Shown: positions 20,037-31,479, counted from the stretch's first letter. The stretch is 64,000 bases of DNA from an uncultured PS1 clade bacterium (GCA_902626605.1 CACOFZ010000002.1:21932-85931); one strand, 5' to 3'. The notes: generated by a model not told the origin, from the sequence alone. Made by a program: numbers and translations.

Positions 20037-20777
20037 ATGTTTCAAATTCTTATAAATTCTTGGATTGGTATTGGTGTAGTAACGTTTCTTACTCTACTTT
20101 TTATAAGCGCACCTTACGGGCGTCATATAAGATCTGGTTGGGGGCCTCTCCTATCAAAAAGAACCGGATGGATTCTCATGGAAACTCCTGCTCTTTATGT
20201 CATGTGGTTATTTTATTTTTTTTACGCTGATATTAACAATATTGTTCTCATAATATTCTTATTTATTTGGTCTATTCACTATATTAATCGAAGTATTATT
20301 TGGCCTTTTTTAATTGATAAAAATGGTTCTATGCCTCTAGTTGTGGCTATTTTAGCTTTTATTTTTAATGTTTTTAATGCTTCTTTTCATGGTTATTGGT
20401 TCTTCTTTATGGATAATCAATATGATATTTCATGGCTTTTAAATTCAAATTTCTTACTAGGTTTATTTGTCTTTATTTTAGGAATGGCAATAAATATTCA
20501 CTCAGATAAAATATTACTAATGATATCAAAAGAAAAAAAAGGATATCAAATTCCTTATGGCGGTTTTTACAAATGGATATCAAGCCCAAACTATTTTGGA
20601 GAAATTATTGAATGGATAGGTTGGGCAATAATGACCTGGAGTTTATCAGGATTTGTTTTTGCTCTTTGGACAATCTTTAATCTTCTTCCAAGAGCTTTAA
20701 AGCATCATGCATGGTACAAAGATAAATTTAGCGATTACCCAAAAGACAGAAAAGCTATAATTCCGAAATTATTATAA
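20037..20777 (+). CDS. Steroid 5-alpha-reductase family protein
   Basis: APYGRH, GWILME, NIHSD, YQIPYGG, SPNYFGEIIEW, HHAWY, RKAIIP. Confidence 0.88.
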   Translation: MFQILINSWIGIGVVTFLTLLFISAPYGRHIRSGWGPLLSKRTGWILMETPALYVMWLFYFFYADINNIVLIIFLFIWSIHYINRSIIWPFLIDKNGSMPLVVAILAFIFNVFNASFHGYWFFFMDNQYDISWLLNSNFLLGLFVFILGMAINIHSDKILLMISKEKKGYQIPYGGFYKWISSPNYFGEIIEWIGWAIMTWSLSGFVFALWTIFNLLPRALKHHAWYKDKFSDYPKDRKAIIPKLL

Positions 20778-21713
20778 TTATCCACCTGATGGAGTAGTTA
20801 TATCGTCATCATCAATAGGAACCCAATCTTGTTCTTTTACCCATTCACTGAAAGTAGTTAATTTTATTGGGATTTCATCTAATACATCCTCCATATCAAC
20901 CTTAAATGGATTTAGATTATCTTTGTTTTCATTATTATATTCATAAAAACCCTGCATTGCGGCTATATAATCTTCTCTACCAATATCGCTTACACCTTCA
21001 AAAATATCTGCCATACGAATGGCAAACTCTTTTGGAGTTAAAGTTTTTGGCTTAATAGATCTTCCAAGATGCCCGGATAATGTATCAGCTATCCTCTGTG
21101 GAGTTAAAACTTCTGGTCCACCTATTACCATTGCCCTTCCTATAAGATCGTCTCTTTCTAGGGCAGCGATCATAAATTTAGCAACATCGTCTAAACATAT
21201 CCAATTAGCTTGAAGTCCTTCTTTATGAGGATACGCAAATTCGTCATTTTCAATAATATCGTTTCTAGCCCATTTAGTCAGAGTGTTGTCCATAAATAAG
21301 ACTGGCCTAAAAATAGTTGTTCTTGCTCCACCTTGCTTTAGAGCTCTTTCAGTAGCTAAAACTCTATCATAATTATACTGACCAATCTCATTATCAGGTG
21401 CATATGCGGCTGTTTGGTATATTAGTCTTATATCAGCCCTTGCAGCAGCAGCTCCAACTGCAGCGCAAAAATCAATCATTTTTGTAACTTGTTCAAACGA
21501 AGGTTTATTATAAAAAGCTGCATCAGCTCCCTCCATTGCATTATCTATACTTTCAGGGTCATTATAATCTGCTGAGACCTCAGTTACATTATCGTCAATA
21601 AAAACGCCTTTTTTTCTTGTAATAGCTCTAACTTTGTAACCGGCTAGTATTAATTGACGAACTTGAGCCTGCCCCATTCTTCCTGAAGCACCAAAAACAG
21701 TTACTAATTTCAT
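20778..21713 (-). CDS. NmrA-like NAD(P)-binding protein
   Basis: VFGASGRMG Rossmann motif, RPVLFMDN, ICLDDVA. Confidence 0.85.
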   Translation of the reverse strand: MKLVTVFGASGRMGQAQVRQLILAGYKVRAITRKKGVFIDDNVTEVSADYNDPESIDNAMEGADAAFYNKPSFEQVTKMIDFCAAVGAAAARADIRLIYQTAAYAPDNEIGQYNYDRVLATERALKQGGARTTIFRPVLFMDNTLTKWARNDIIENDEFAYPHKEGLQANWICLDDVAKFMIAALERDDLIGRAMVIGGPEVLTPQRIADTLSGHLGRSIKPKTLTPKEFAIRMADIFEGVSDIGREDYIAAMQGFYEYNNENKDNLNPFKVDMEDVLDEIPIKLTTFSEWVKEQDWVPIDDDDITTPSGG

Positions 21714-21753
21714 AAAAATCCCCTTGTTTAGTTTTACTTATTTAACCAATAAC

Positions 21754-22521
21754 CTATCGACCTGATATTAATTTAACAAGCCATTTTGGTGTTATTTTCA
21801 TAAGAAAAACTAAAACTTTATAGCGCCAACCATTTATAATTATTTCTTTGCCAGACATTGAAGCTTCATAAGCTTGCTCAACTACAGTTCTTGAGTTCAT
21901 CCACATAAAGGAAGGAATAGAACTTTTAAACTCCTTCATCTCTTTATGAAATTCGGTATGCGTAAAACCAGGGCAAACAGAACAAGAAAAAATATTCTTG
22001 TTCTTATAATCATTATGTATCATTTCTGAAAATTTTAAGAGCATTAATTTTGTAGCAATATACATTCCACCAGAATTTGTAAAAGGAGCGAAAGCAGCTA
22101 CAGATGATATGTTTATAATTCGTCCAAATTTTCTTTTTATCATTCCTGGTAAGAATAATCTTGTCAGCGCGATGGCTGAAGTCGATAAAACATTTATAAA
22201 ATCTATATGGTCCTTTAAAGGAACTTCTTCAAAACTATCAGTTAATCCATAACCAGCATTATTTACTAAAACATCAATTTTTATTTTTTTTTCTTCACAA
22301 AAATTATAAATTTCTTCAGTCGACCTTAAATCACTTAGATCGCAAGAAATGATAGAAGCTTTTATTCCAAATTTATTGGATAGGTTATATTTAATTTCTT
22401 CTAAATTTTTTTTTCTTCTAGCAGTAATAACCAAATCATATCCTTTCTCGGCAAATAATGTTGCAAAATCTTTCCCGAGCCCAGAGGAAGCGCCTGTTAT
22501 AAGTGCAGTTTTATTCATCAA
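21754..22521 (-). CDS. Short-chain dehydrogenase/reductase
   Basis: TGASSGLG, NNAG, YIATK, CPGFTHT. Confidence 0.92.
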   Translation of the reverse strand: MMNKTALITGASSGLGKDFATLFAEKGYDLVITARRKKNLEEIKYNLSNKFGIKASIISCDLSDLRSTEEIYNFCEEKKIKIDVLVNNAGYGLTDSFEEVPLKDHIDFINVLSTSAIALTRLFLPGMIKRKFGRIINISSVAAFAPFTNSGGMYIATKLMLLKFSEMIHNDYKNKNIFSCSVCPGFTHTEFHKEMKEFKSSIPSFMWMNSRTVVEQAYEASMSGKEIIINGWRYKVLVFLMKITPKWLVKLISGR

Positions 22522-22530
22522 AATCCTTTA

Positions 22531-23808
22531 TTAACGTTTTTCAAAAGTAAGATTAAGCTCTTTTAAACCTCTTAGAGCAAAGTGCGGGTGATGAAGAAAA
22601 TCATTCTTGTTTTCTGCTAAATTAATATTTTTTAAACGTTTTAGTAATATATCAAAGGCCATTCTCATTTCCTGCCTAGCTAACGGTGCGCCAATACAAT
22701 GATGATGAGATGTACCATAAGCAAGATGTTTTCCTGGATTTTTCCTTTCTAAGTCCATGTGCATTGGACAACTGAACATATCCTCATCTCTATTTGCAGA
22801 ACCAAATCTCATATCAATTATTGAACCTTCAGGAATTGTTTTATCACCTATTATTACGTCTTTTCGAACTCTTCTAAAAAGACTTTGAACTGGTGTCTCA
22901 AGCCTAATAATTTCTTCCACAAAATTTTTAAGTTTCGCTTTTCCAGTAATTAAATCATTAAGTTTTTCTTTTTGTTGCATCAAAATTAACATTCCGCCAG
23001 CAATTGAATTAGTTGTAGTTTCATTACCCCCAATATTTAATGCACTTACCATCGATAAAAGCTCTTCTGTAATTAATTGACTCCCATCCTCAAATTTAAA
23101 ATTAACTAAATCTGAAATAATATCCTCTTTTGGATTTTTTCTTTTTTCTTCAAATATCTTATTCATATAGTGCTGAAATTTAACTAATCTCTCTGCACAT
23201 GCTATTTCTTCACTCTCGGTTAGTCTTTGGCTTAAACCCTCTGATGTATCAAAAGACCAAGCCTTTAACTTTGATAAATCTTTTTTTGGAAAACCTAATC
23301 TATCTTGAATAATATTCATAGGTAGAGGGACACAAAATTGTGAAATAAATTCAACTTCACCATCATCGATAAATTCATCAATTAGTTCATTAATTAAATC
23401 TTCAATATAAGGTTCCATTTTTCTTATCTTACTAGCTGTAAAGCTAGGGTTTGATGCTTTTCGAAATTTTGTATGATGTGGTGGTTCAGAATCAAAGGTT
23501 GCTATTTGCCTCCAACCTTTTTCTAAGAAAACTTTTTTAACCTTTTCTCCATTTTTCCAATAACCATTCTTTTTATTTTCCTCTTTAATTTCTTTATCCC
23601 AATATCCGGATAAATCCCTAGAGAAAAATTCATAATCGGTTAATACCCTTTTTAAATCGTTATATTTAGAGACAACAAAAAAACCAGTATCAGGGCTTAA
23701 ATAAATGGGGGCCTCCTCTCTTAAAACTTCATAGGCCTCATAAGGGTTCTCTTGAAGATCAGGGTCTAAAAAATTAATATCAGATAATTTAATTCTACTT
23801 TCTCTCAT
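22531..23808 (-). CDS. Cytochrome P450
   Basis: GGNETT I-helix, EEIIR (ExxR), SANRDE, heme Cys in HHCIGAPLAR. Confidence 0.93.
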   Translation of the reverse strand: MRESRIKLSDINFLDPDLQENPYEAYEVLREEAPIYLSPDTGFFVVSKYNDLKRVLTDYEFFSRDLSGYWDKEIKEENKKNGYWKNGEKVKKVFLEKGWRQIATFDSEPPHHTKFRKASNPSFTASKIRKMEPYIEDLINELIDEFIDDGEVEFISQFCVPLPMNIIQDRLGFPKKDLSKLKAWSFDTSEGLSQRLTESEEIACAERLVKFQHYMNKIFEEKRKNPKEDIISDLVNFKFEDGSQLITEELLSMVSALNIGGNETTTNSIAGGMLILMQQKEKLNDLITGKAKLKNFVEEIIRLETPVQSLFRRVRKDVIIGDKTIPEGSIIDMRFGSANRDEDMFSCPMHMDLERKNPGKHLAYGTSHHHCIGAPLARQEMRMAFDILLKRLKNINLAENKNDFLHHPHFALRGLKELNLTFEKR

Positions 23809-23810
23809 CT

Positions 23811-25778
23811 TTATTCATCATCTAAAGCGAATGCAATTAAGTGATCAGAGGCTGGAGAACCAACCGCCCAATGTCCGCCTGCTGCAATTACTACAAATTG
23901 CTTTCCATTCTTATTTGTATAAGTCATTGGTGTTGCATGACCAGCTGTTGGTAATCTAAATTTTGCAAGCTCCTCACCTGTTTCAGTCTTAAATGCCCTT
24001 AAATAATAATCACTGGTTGCAGCTATAAATGTCAAACCTGAAGCAGTAACTGTAGGGCCACCTAAATTTGGTGCTCCTTTTATCCACCAAAATGGAAAAG
24101 GTGCTAAATCTTTTGAGGTTCCTAATGGAATTTGCCATAAATGATCACCAGTACTTAAATCTATTGCAGTAAGATTTCCCCATGGAGGTTTAGTGCATGG
24201 AACACCTAAAGGAGACATAAATCCATAAGCTCTAATGGTACAATATGGTGTACCCTCGTTTTGTTGTAATGCTGAAAATCTTGATTGTACACTATCTCTT
24301 GCTAATTCTTTAAGAGCTTTATCACAGTCTTTTCGTGGAACCATTACAATCGTGCTTGATAAGTTCATTGTATTGGCAATAAGAATATTTCTAGAAGCAT
24401 CAACTGCAGGACCTCCCCAATTCGCACCTCCTATTGCGCTAGGATAATGAACACTTCCTTTTAAAGATGGAGGGGTATAAAGACCTTCATTCCTCAGATC
24501 CTCAGCAGCTTTTTTACAATAACCCTTGTCCCATGGAGTAAAACCAAAAACATCCTCAGGATCTAAGTAAGTTGGCGTCAAAGGAGCTGGTTTTGAGGGA
24601 AAAGGCTGAGTTTTAGTAACATAATCACCCTCAACTGCACCTTGAGGAACCTCTCTCTCTTCAATTGGAAAAATAGGCTCACCTGTCTCTCTGTTTAACA
24701 AAAAAACAAAGCCCATTTTGGTTGTCTGTGCTAATGCTTTTATAATCTTTCCATCTTTCTCAAAATCATAAAATGTTGGTTGGGAGGGAACATCATAATC
24801 CCAAATATCATGATGAACCGTTTGAAAGTGCCAAACAACCTCTCCACTCGAGGCATCTAACGCTACTACAGAGCTGGAATAATAATCTGAACCATTTCTA
24901 TGACCACCATAATTATCTGCAGCAGTATTTCCTGTTGGAAGGTAAACTAAATTTAATTCAGGATCAGTCGATATAATCGACCATACATTAGTTGTTCCTC
25001 TTTGATATAATTGTTGCCCTTCTTCATCAATTACAGGTTCTTGGCCTGGAGGTATTGGGTCCCAATACCATATTAAATCGCCTGTTCTGATATTATAAGC
25101 ACGAACAACCCCACCCGGAACAGAGGTGCTTACATTATCGGCAATGCCTCCACCGACAACGACTGCATCACCAATGATCGCCGGAGGAGAAACACTGTAA
25201 TAATAAGCAGGATTATGTTCACCAAGACCGTCTCTTAAATTTACTTTTCCATAATCTCCGAAATCAGAACAAAGTTTTCCAGTCTTTCCGTCTATAGCAA
25301 AAAGTTCAGCGTCAATTGTTCCTGTAATGATTCGATGATAACATTCTTCATTTTCAGATTTATTTATATCTATCCAGCTACCAACTCCTCTACAATGAAG
25401 AAGTGCTTTTTTTTCAATATCTACTTTGGGATCAAATACCCATTTCTCTTTTCCAGTTTCAGGGTCTAATGCAAAAACTCTATTATAAGGCGTACAGTAA
25501 AATAAAGTATCATTAACTAAAATCGGAGTTGCTTGGAATGATGTTTGTTGACTGCTATTTGGTATTACATCCTCAGTCCAATTCAAACCAGCATGAAAGT
25601 CACCTGATCTATGTGTCCAAATTTTTTTTAAATTTGTTACATTTTCAGGTGTTATTTCGTCAGCCACAGAATAATGACCCCCACCAGAGTCTTTTCCATA
25701 TGATGGCCAGTCATCATTTTTAGCATTTATAGATACGCATGAAAAAATTAAAATTAATAATGTAATAAATCTAATCAT
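23811..25778 (-). CDS. PQQ-dependent dehydrogenase (glucose/quinate/shikimate family), secreted
   Basis: DWPSYG, FQATP, HCRGV, FQTVHHDIWDYDVPSQP, PPWG, ATPMTY. Confidence 0.9.
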   Translation of the reverse strand: MIRFITLLILIFSCVSINAKNDDWPSYGKDSGGGHYSVADEITPENVTNLKKIWTHRSGDFHAGLNWTEDVIPNSSQQTSFQATPILVNDTLFYCTPYNRVFALDPETGKEKWVFDPKVDIEKKALLHCRGVGSWIDINKSENEECYHRIITGTIDAELFAIDGKTGKLCSDFGDYGKVNLRDGLGEHNPAYYYSVSPPAIIGDAVVVGGGIADNVSTSVPGGVVRAYNIRTGDLIWYWDPIPPGQEPVIDEEGQQLYQRGTTNVWSIISTDPELNLVYLPTGNTAADNYGGHRNGSDYYSSSVVALDASSGEVVWHFQTVHHDIWDYDVPSQPTFYDFEKDGKIIKALAQTTKMGFVFLLNRETGEPIFPIEEREVPQGAVEGDYVTKTQPFPSKPAPLTPTYLDPEDVFGFTPWDKGYCKKAAEDLRNEGLYTPPSLKGSVHYPSAIGGANWGGPAVDASRNILIANTMNLSSTIVMVPRKDCDKALKELARDSVQSRFSALQQNEGTPYCTIRAYGFMSPLGVPCTKPPWGNLTAIDLSTGDHLWQIPLGTSKDLAPFPFWWIKGAPNLGGPTVTASGLTFIAATSDYYLRAFKTETGEELAKFRLPTAGHATPMTYTNKNGKQFVVIAAGGHWAVGSPASDHLIAFALDDE

Positions 25779-25787
25779 ATATAATTC

Positions 25788-27749
25788 CTATTTATTATCC
25801 GGAAGTGCAAAAGCGATCAAATGGTCTGAAGCTGGCGTTCCAATAGCCCAATGCCCTCCTGCAGCAATTACCACAAACTGCTTACCTTCTTTATTTGTAT
25901 AAGTCATAGGTGTTGCATGTGCGCCTGTGGGAAGTCTAAACTTTGCAATTTCTTCACCTGTTTCAGTATTGAAAGCTCTTAAATAATGATCGCTTGTAGC
26001 ACCTATAAAAGTTACCCCAGATGCAGTGACTGTAGGGCCTCCCATATTCGGAGAGCCTTTAATCCACCAAAAAGGAAAAGGTGCTAAATCTTTCGAGGTT
26101 CCTAATGGAACATTCCATAAATGTTCGCCAGTATTTAAATCTATAGCAGTTAATGTACCCCAAGGAGGCTTAGTACATGGCACACCTAAAGGAGAGAAAA
26201 AACCCATTGAACGAAGATTACAATATGGAGCACCTTCATTTGACTCAATATTAGTAAATCTAACTTGGTTTTTATTTATTGAGAGCTCTTCAAGAGATTT
26301 CGTGCAATCTTCTCTAGGAACCATAACAATCAAACTAGCCATATTATTTGTATTAACTATCATAATATTTCTTTCTGGGTCTATTGCGGGACCACCCCAA
26401 TTATTTCCTCCGACACCGCTAGGATAGTGAATACTTCCCTGTAAAGATGGAGGTGTAAATAAACCTTCATTTCTGAGTTTTTTAGCTGTTCTTTTACAGT
26501 ATCCACGATCCCAAAAAGTAAATCCAAAGGCTTCATTTGGATCAAAATATATTGGATTTAATGGTGCTGGTTTAGATGGAAAAGGTTGAGTTTTACTTAC
26601 ATAATCTCCTTCAATGGCACCTTGGGGAACTTTTTTTTCTTCGACTGGAAAAATAGGTTCACCTGTTTCTCTATTTAACAAAAAAGTGAGGCCAGTTTTG
26701 GTTGTTTGGGCAAGTGCTTTTATAACTTTTCCATCCCTTTCAAATTCATAAAAAGTTGGTTGAGAAGGTACATCATAATCCCAAATATCATGATGAACTG
26801 TTTGAAAACTCCAGACTAATTTTCCGGTTTCAGCATCTAAAGCGACAACTGAACTTGAGTATTCTTCAAGACCTTCTCTGTGACCACCATAGTAATCAGG
26901 TGATGCATTTCCAGTCGGAAGATAAACCATATTTAAATCTGGATCAGCTGATATAATGGACCAAACATTTGCGGTGCCTCTTCTGTATAGTGGATTACCG
27001 TTATCATCTATAAAAGTAGCTTCGTTAGGAGGAATTGGATCCCAGTACCAAGATAATTTTCCTGTTCTTATATCAAATGCTCTTACAACACCGCCAGGAA
27101 TATCAGTTGATAGATTATCAATAACGCTACCACCAACTACAATTTTTTCATTTATTATTGCTGGGGGAGAGTTACTCCAATAATATAATGCAGGATGTTT
27201 ACCAAGTCCTTCTCTTAAATTTACTCTTCCATTACTTCCGAAGTCCTCACAAAGTTTTCCGTTTTTACCATCTATTGAAAAAAGTTCCGCATCAATAGTC
27301 ACACCTATTATTCTATGATAGCAACTATCGGATGGTAATTTTGTTTGATCTTTCCAACTACTTAAACCTCTGCAGGCTAGAATTGCTCTCCCATCTTTTT
27401 TAAGTTTAGGATCAAAAACCCACTTTTCCTCTCCAGTCTGAGGATTGAGTGCAAAAACTCTATTATATGATGTGCAATAGAATAATGTTTCATCAACTAA
27501 AAGAGGAGTTGCTTGAAAGGATGTTTGATACTCTCCACCTTTTACACCAGCTGAATTTGCTCCGCCTTTATAATCCCCAGATCTATGGACCCAAATTTTC
27601 TTAAGTTTTTTAACATTTTCAGGTGTTATTTCATCAGCTTTAGAAAAATGACCGCCTCCAGCTTCCTTTCCATATGATGTCCAATCATCAATTGCCGAAA
27701 AAACTGGATTTAGATATAAAAAAGTAATAATAAAAATTAAAAATCGCAT
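25788..27749 (-). CDS. PQQ-dependent dehydrogenase (glucose/quinate/shikimate family), paralog
   Basis: Same motif set as neighbouring gene; signal peptide. Confidence 0.9.
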   Translation of the reverse strand: MRFLIFIITFLYLNPVFSAIDDWTSYGKEAGGGHFSKADEITPENVKKLKKIWVHRSGDYKGGANSAGVKGGEYQTSFQATPLLVDETLFYCTSYNRVFALNPQTGEEKWVFDPKLKKDGRAILACRGLSSWKDQTKLPSDSCYHRIIGVTIDAELFSIDGKNGKLCEDFGSNGRVNLREGLGKHPALYYWSNSPPAIINEKIVVGGSVIDNLSTDIPGGVVRAFDIRTGKLSWYWDPIPPNEATFIDDNGNPLYRRGTANVWSIISADPDLNMVYLPTGNASPDYYGGHREGLEEYSSSVVALDAETGKLVWSFQTVHHDIWDYDVPSQPTFYEFERDGKVIKALAQTTKTGLTFLLNRETGEPIFPVEEKKVPQGAIEGDYVSKTQPFPSKPAPLNPIYFDPNEAFGFTFWDRGYCKRTAKKLRNEGLFTPPSLQGSIHYPSGVGGNNWGGPAIDPERNIMIVNTNNMASLIVMVPREDCTKSLEELSINKNQVRFTNIESNEGAPYCNLRSMGFFSPLGVPCTKPPWGTLTAIDLNTGEHLWNVPLGTSKDLAPFPFWWIKGSPNMGGPTVTASGVTFIGATSDHYLRAFNTETGEEIAKFRLPTGAHATPMTYTNKEGKQFVVIAAGGHWAIGTPASDHLIAFALPDNK

Positions 27750-27820
27750 TCATAACCCCTAAAATACTTAATTATTATATAAGAAATTTTTAAAATTTAC
27801 TTCATTAAAAATATAAACTA

Positions 27821-28648
27821 TTAAAATATTTTAAAAATTGATGGTGGTCTTCCTAATGTATATTCAACATAATTTTGAATTTTTTTTGTTTCTTTTTCAA
27901 AATCATGACCAACAGAAAAGGGTTTAATTGGTTTACCAAATTTTATATTATATTTAATATTTTTTTTATTTATTAATTCTTTAAATAAACTTATATCCTT
28001 TAATTCAGTATTAAATATCTCTAGAACATAAAAAAGTAATGAATTAGATCCTGACATATGAAATGGGATAATTGGTGCATTAAATTTCATAGAGAGTTTT
28101 ATTATGGTTGCGACCCATGGTCTTTCATACAAATGTAAGCCTTTTCTTTTTGAAAGACGAGATGATGGAAACACAAGTAAAGCCTTATTTTTAGTCAAAG
28201 TATCTTTTGTTAACTTTAAAATCATACGACTTTTTTCAGAGGACTTATTTTTTTCATTCCAATCAACTGGGATAATTATATCTTGGAAACCTTTTGCAAT
28301 CTTTATCATATCGGAATTAGCATAGAGAGTATAATCAGGTCTGCGTTCTTTTAAAACATCAAACATTACTATACCGTCAGTCAAACCAGTAGGATGATTA
28401 CCCGCCAATATGATTGGTCCGCTTTTGGGAACATTTTCAATATTATGGACATTATGATTAGATTGAAGAAAATTTGTTAAATATGAAAAACATTCAAATC
28501 CTGATTTTTTTGAAATGTTATTAACAATTTTCTTTGCATCATAATATTTAAAAATTTTAAATACAGTAGGTCTTATAAGAGACCAGATAATCCTATTTTT
28601 CATAAGATTTGGGCATCTTTCTTCCATGATTTCATCTATAGGATGCAT
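27821..28648 (-). CDS. Phospholipid/glycerol acyltransferase family
   Basis: NHPTGLTDG (HX4D), LVFPS, PIIP motifs. Confidence 0.82.
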   Translation of the reverse strand: MHPIDEIMEERCPNLMKNRIIWSLIRPTVFKIFKYYDAKKIVNNISKKSGFECFSYLTNFLQSNHNVHNIENVPKSGPIILAGNHPTGLTDGIVMFDVLKERRPDYTLYANSDMIKIAKGFQDIIIPVDWNEKNKSSEKSRMILKLTKDTLTKNKALLVFPSSRLSKRKGLHLYERPWVATIIKLSMKFNAPIIPFHMSGSNSLLFYVLEIFNTELKDISLFKELINKKNIKYNIKFGKPIKPFSVGHDFEKETKKIQNYVEYTLGRPPSIFKIF

Positions 28649-28668
28649 AAAATTTTATACTTTAAATC

Positions 28669-30210
28669 TTACAAGCCTGGAAGTATTTTTTTCTCTCGCT
28701 TTATAATTAACCTATTAAGTGCAGCTATATATGCTTTTGCAGATGCCACGAGTGTATCAGTATCAGCACCCCTGCCAACTACAGTCTTACCGTCCTCTTG
28801 CAAACGAACACTAACTTCTGCTTGTGCATCGGTACCCTCAGTTACTGCATGTACTTGATATAATTGAAGATTGGCACTATGAGGAAATAATTTTCTAATG
28901 GCATTAAAGATTGCATCAACAGGACCTGACCCTTCTGTAATAGATGTTACCTTTTTATCATTAATATCTAGGGTTAAATCAGCCGTTTGTGGGCCTGAGG
29001 TACCTGCCTTGATATTAAGTGAAATAAGCTTTATTTGGTCAATAGCATTTGAAAATTCGTCATCAATAATAGCAATTATGTCATCATCAAATATTTCCTT
29101 TTTTTTGTCTGCTAAATCTTTAAATCTATAAAATGCGTCATTCAATTGATTATCAGCAAGCTCATAGCCAAGTTCAAATGCCTTTTCTTTAAAAGCGTGA
29201 CGACCAGAATGTTTACCCATCACAAGTGTTGACTCACTTAGACCAACACTCTCAGGGGTCATAATTTCATATGTTTCATTATTTTTAAGCATACCGTCCT
29301 GATGAATACCAGACTCATGAGCAAAAGCATTCTTTCCAACAATTGCCTTGTTATATTGAACAGGGAACGATGTTACTGATGAAACTAACCTTGATGCCCT
29401 TGTAAAAAGAGTGGTATCAACCTTAGACTCATAATTTAATATATCTTTCCTTACTTTCATTGACATTACCAATTCTTCAAGTGCAGCATTACCTGCACGT
29501 TCTCCAATTCCATTCATAGTACATTCAATTTGTCTAGCACCAGCCCTCACACCGGATAAAGAATTGGCAACAGCTAGACCAAGATCATTATGACAATGAG
29601 TTGAAAATGTAACCTTGTCAGCTGAAGGTACGTTATTGATTAATGAGTCGATAATTTCAAAATATTCCTCAGGAGTAGTGTAACCAACTGTATCAGGTAT
29701 ATTTATAGTTGAAGCTCCAGATGAAATAGCAGTCTCGACACACTTAAAAAGAAAATCTCTATTAGTTCTAGTTGCATCTTCAGCAGACCACTGAACATCT
29801 TCAACTAGGTTTCTAGCCCTTGAAACTGATCGTTGAATGGCATCAATAACTTGATCTTCATTCATTTGTAACTTGAATTTCATATGTATTGGACTTGTTG
29901 CTATAAATGTATGAATACGTGGATTAACTGCATGTTTTACTGCAGCTCCTGCTCTATCAATATCTTTATCTCCAGCCCTAGCTAAACCACAAACTTGAAT
30001 GTTTTTAACAACTTTAGAAACCTCAGATACAGACTCAAAGTCGCCCTCGGAAGCAATCGGAAAACCAGCCTCGATAATATCAATACCCATAGTATCAAAA
30101 ATTTCGGCTATTTGAATTTTTTCACTCAATGACATTGAAGCCCCAGGAGATTGCTCCCCATCTCTAAGCGTCGTATCAAAAATTTTAATGTAATTATTTG
30201 TTTTGTTCAT
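28669..30210 (-). CDS. leuA: 2-isopropylmalate synthase
   Basis: DTTLRDGEQSPG, HCHNDLG, GERAGN, HESGIHQDG; ATG 30210 follows GGAGA SD. Confidence 0.97.
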   Translation of the reverse strand: MNKTNNYIKIFDTTLRDGEQSPGASMSLSEKIQIAEIFDTMGIDIIEAGFPIASEGDFESVSEVSKVVKNIQVCGLARAGDKDIDRAGAAVKHAVNPRIHTFIATSPIHMKFKLQMNEDQVIDAIQRSVSRARNLVEDVQWSAEDATRTNRDFLFKCVETAISSGASTINIPDTVGYTTPEEYFEIIDSLINNVPSADKVTFSTHCHNDLGLAVANSLSGVRAGARQIECTMNGIGERAGNAALEELVMSMKVRKDILNYESKVDTTLFTRASRLVSSVTSFPVQYNKAIVGKNAFAHESGIHQDGMLKNNETYEIMTPESVGLSESTLVMGKHSGRHAFKEKAFELGYELADNQLNDAFYRFKDLADKKKEIFDDDIIAIIDDEFSNAIDQIKLISLNIKAGTSGPQTADLTLDINDKKVTSITEGSGPVDAIFNAIRKLFPHSANLQLYQVHAVTEGTDAQAEVSVRLQEDGKTVVGRGADTDTLVASAKAYIAALNRLIIKREKKILPGL

Positions 30211-30252
30211 TTTTATCTCCAAAAAAAACTATTTTTGGCTTTTTAAAATTAT

Positions 30253-30289
30253 CCCCTAAGACATCTTGCCAAAAGATTAGTCCTAGAGG
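30253..30289 (-). promoter_or_regulatory. leuA leader hairpin covering the leader-peptide stop codon
   Basis: CCUCUAGGAC/GUCUUAGGGG outer stem and AUCUU/AAGAU inner stem; no U-tract immediately after. Confidence 0.65.
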
Positions 30290-30390
30290 CTAATAAGCAG
30301 AAGAGATAAAAGAACTGAAGACAGTAGGATAGTCTCAAGCAAATTTGTATCGCTGTTTAAAAACAATTTATGTTGACTATCTATGTTCAT
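30283..30390 (-). CDS. leuA leader peptide, 35 aa, 12 Leu (MNIDSQHKLFLNSDTNLLETILLSSVLLSLLLISL)
   Basis: Manual translation; Leu codons clustered at 3' end, 8 of 12 are CTN; immediately upstream of leuA. Confidence 0.75.
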   Translation of the reverse strand: MNIDSQHKLFLNSDTNLLETILLSSVLLSLLLISL

Positions 30391-30433
30391 AAATAAGCTA
30401 ATGCCTTAAATTTTTGATTGGATCAAGTAAAAA

Positions 30434-31456
<1,023 letters not shown>

Positions 31457-31479
31457 TTATAATCTCCGCATAATGAATT

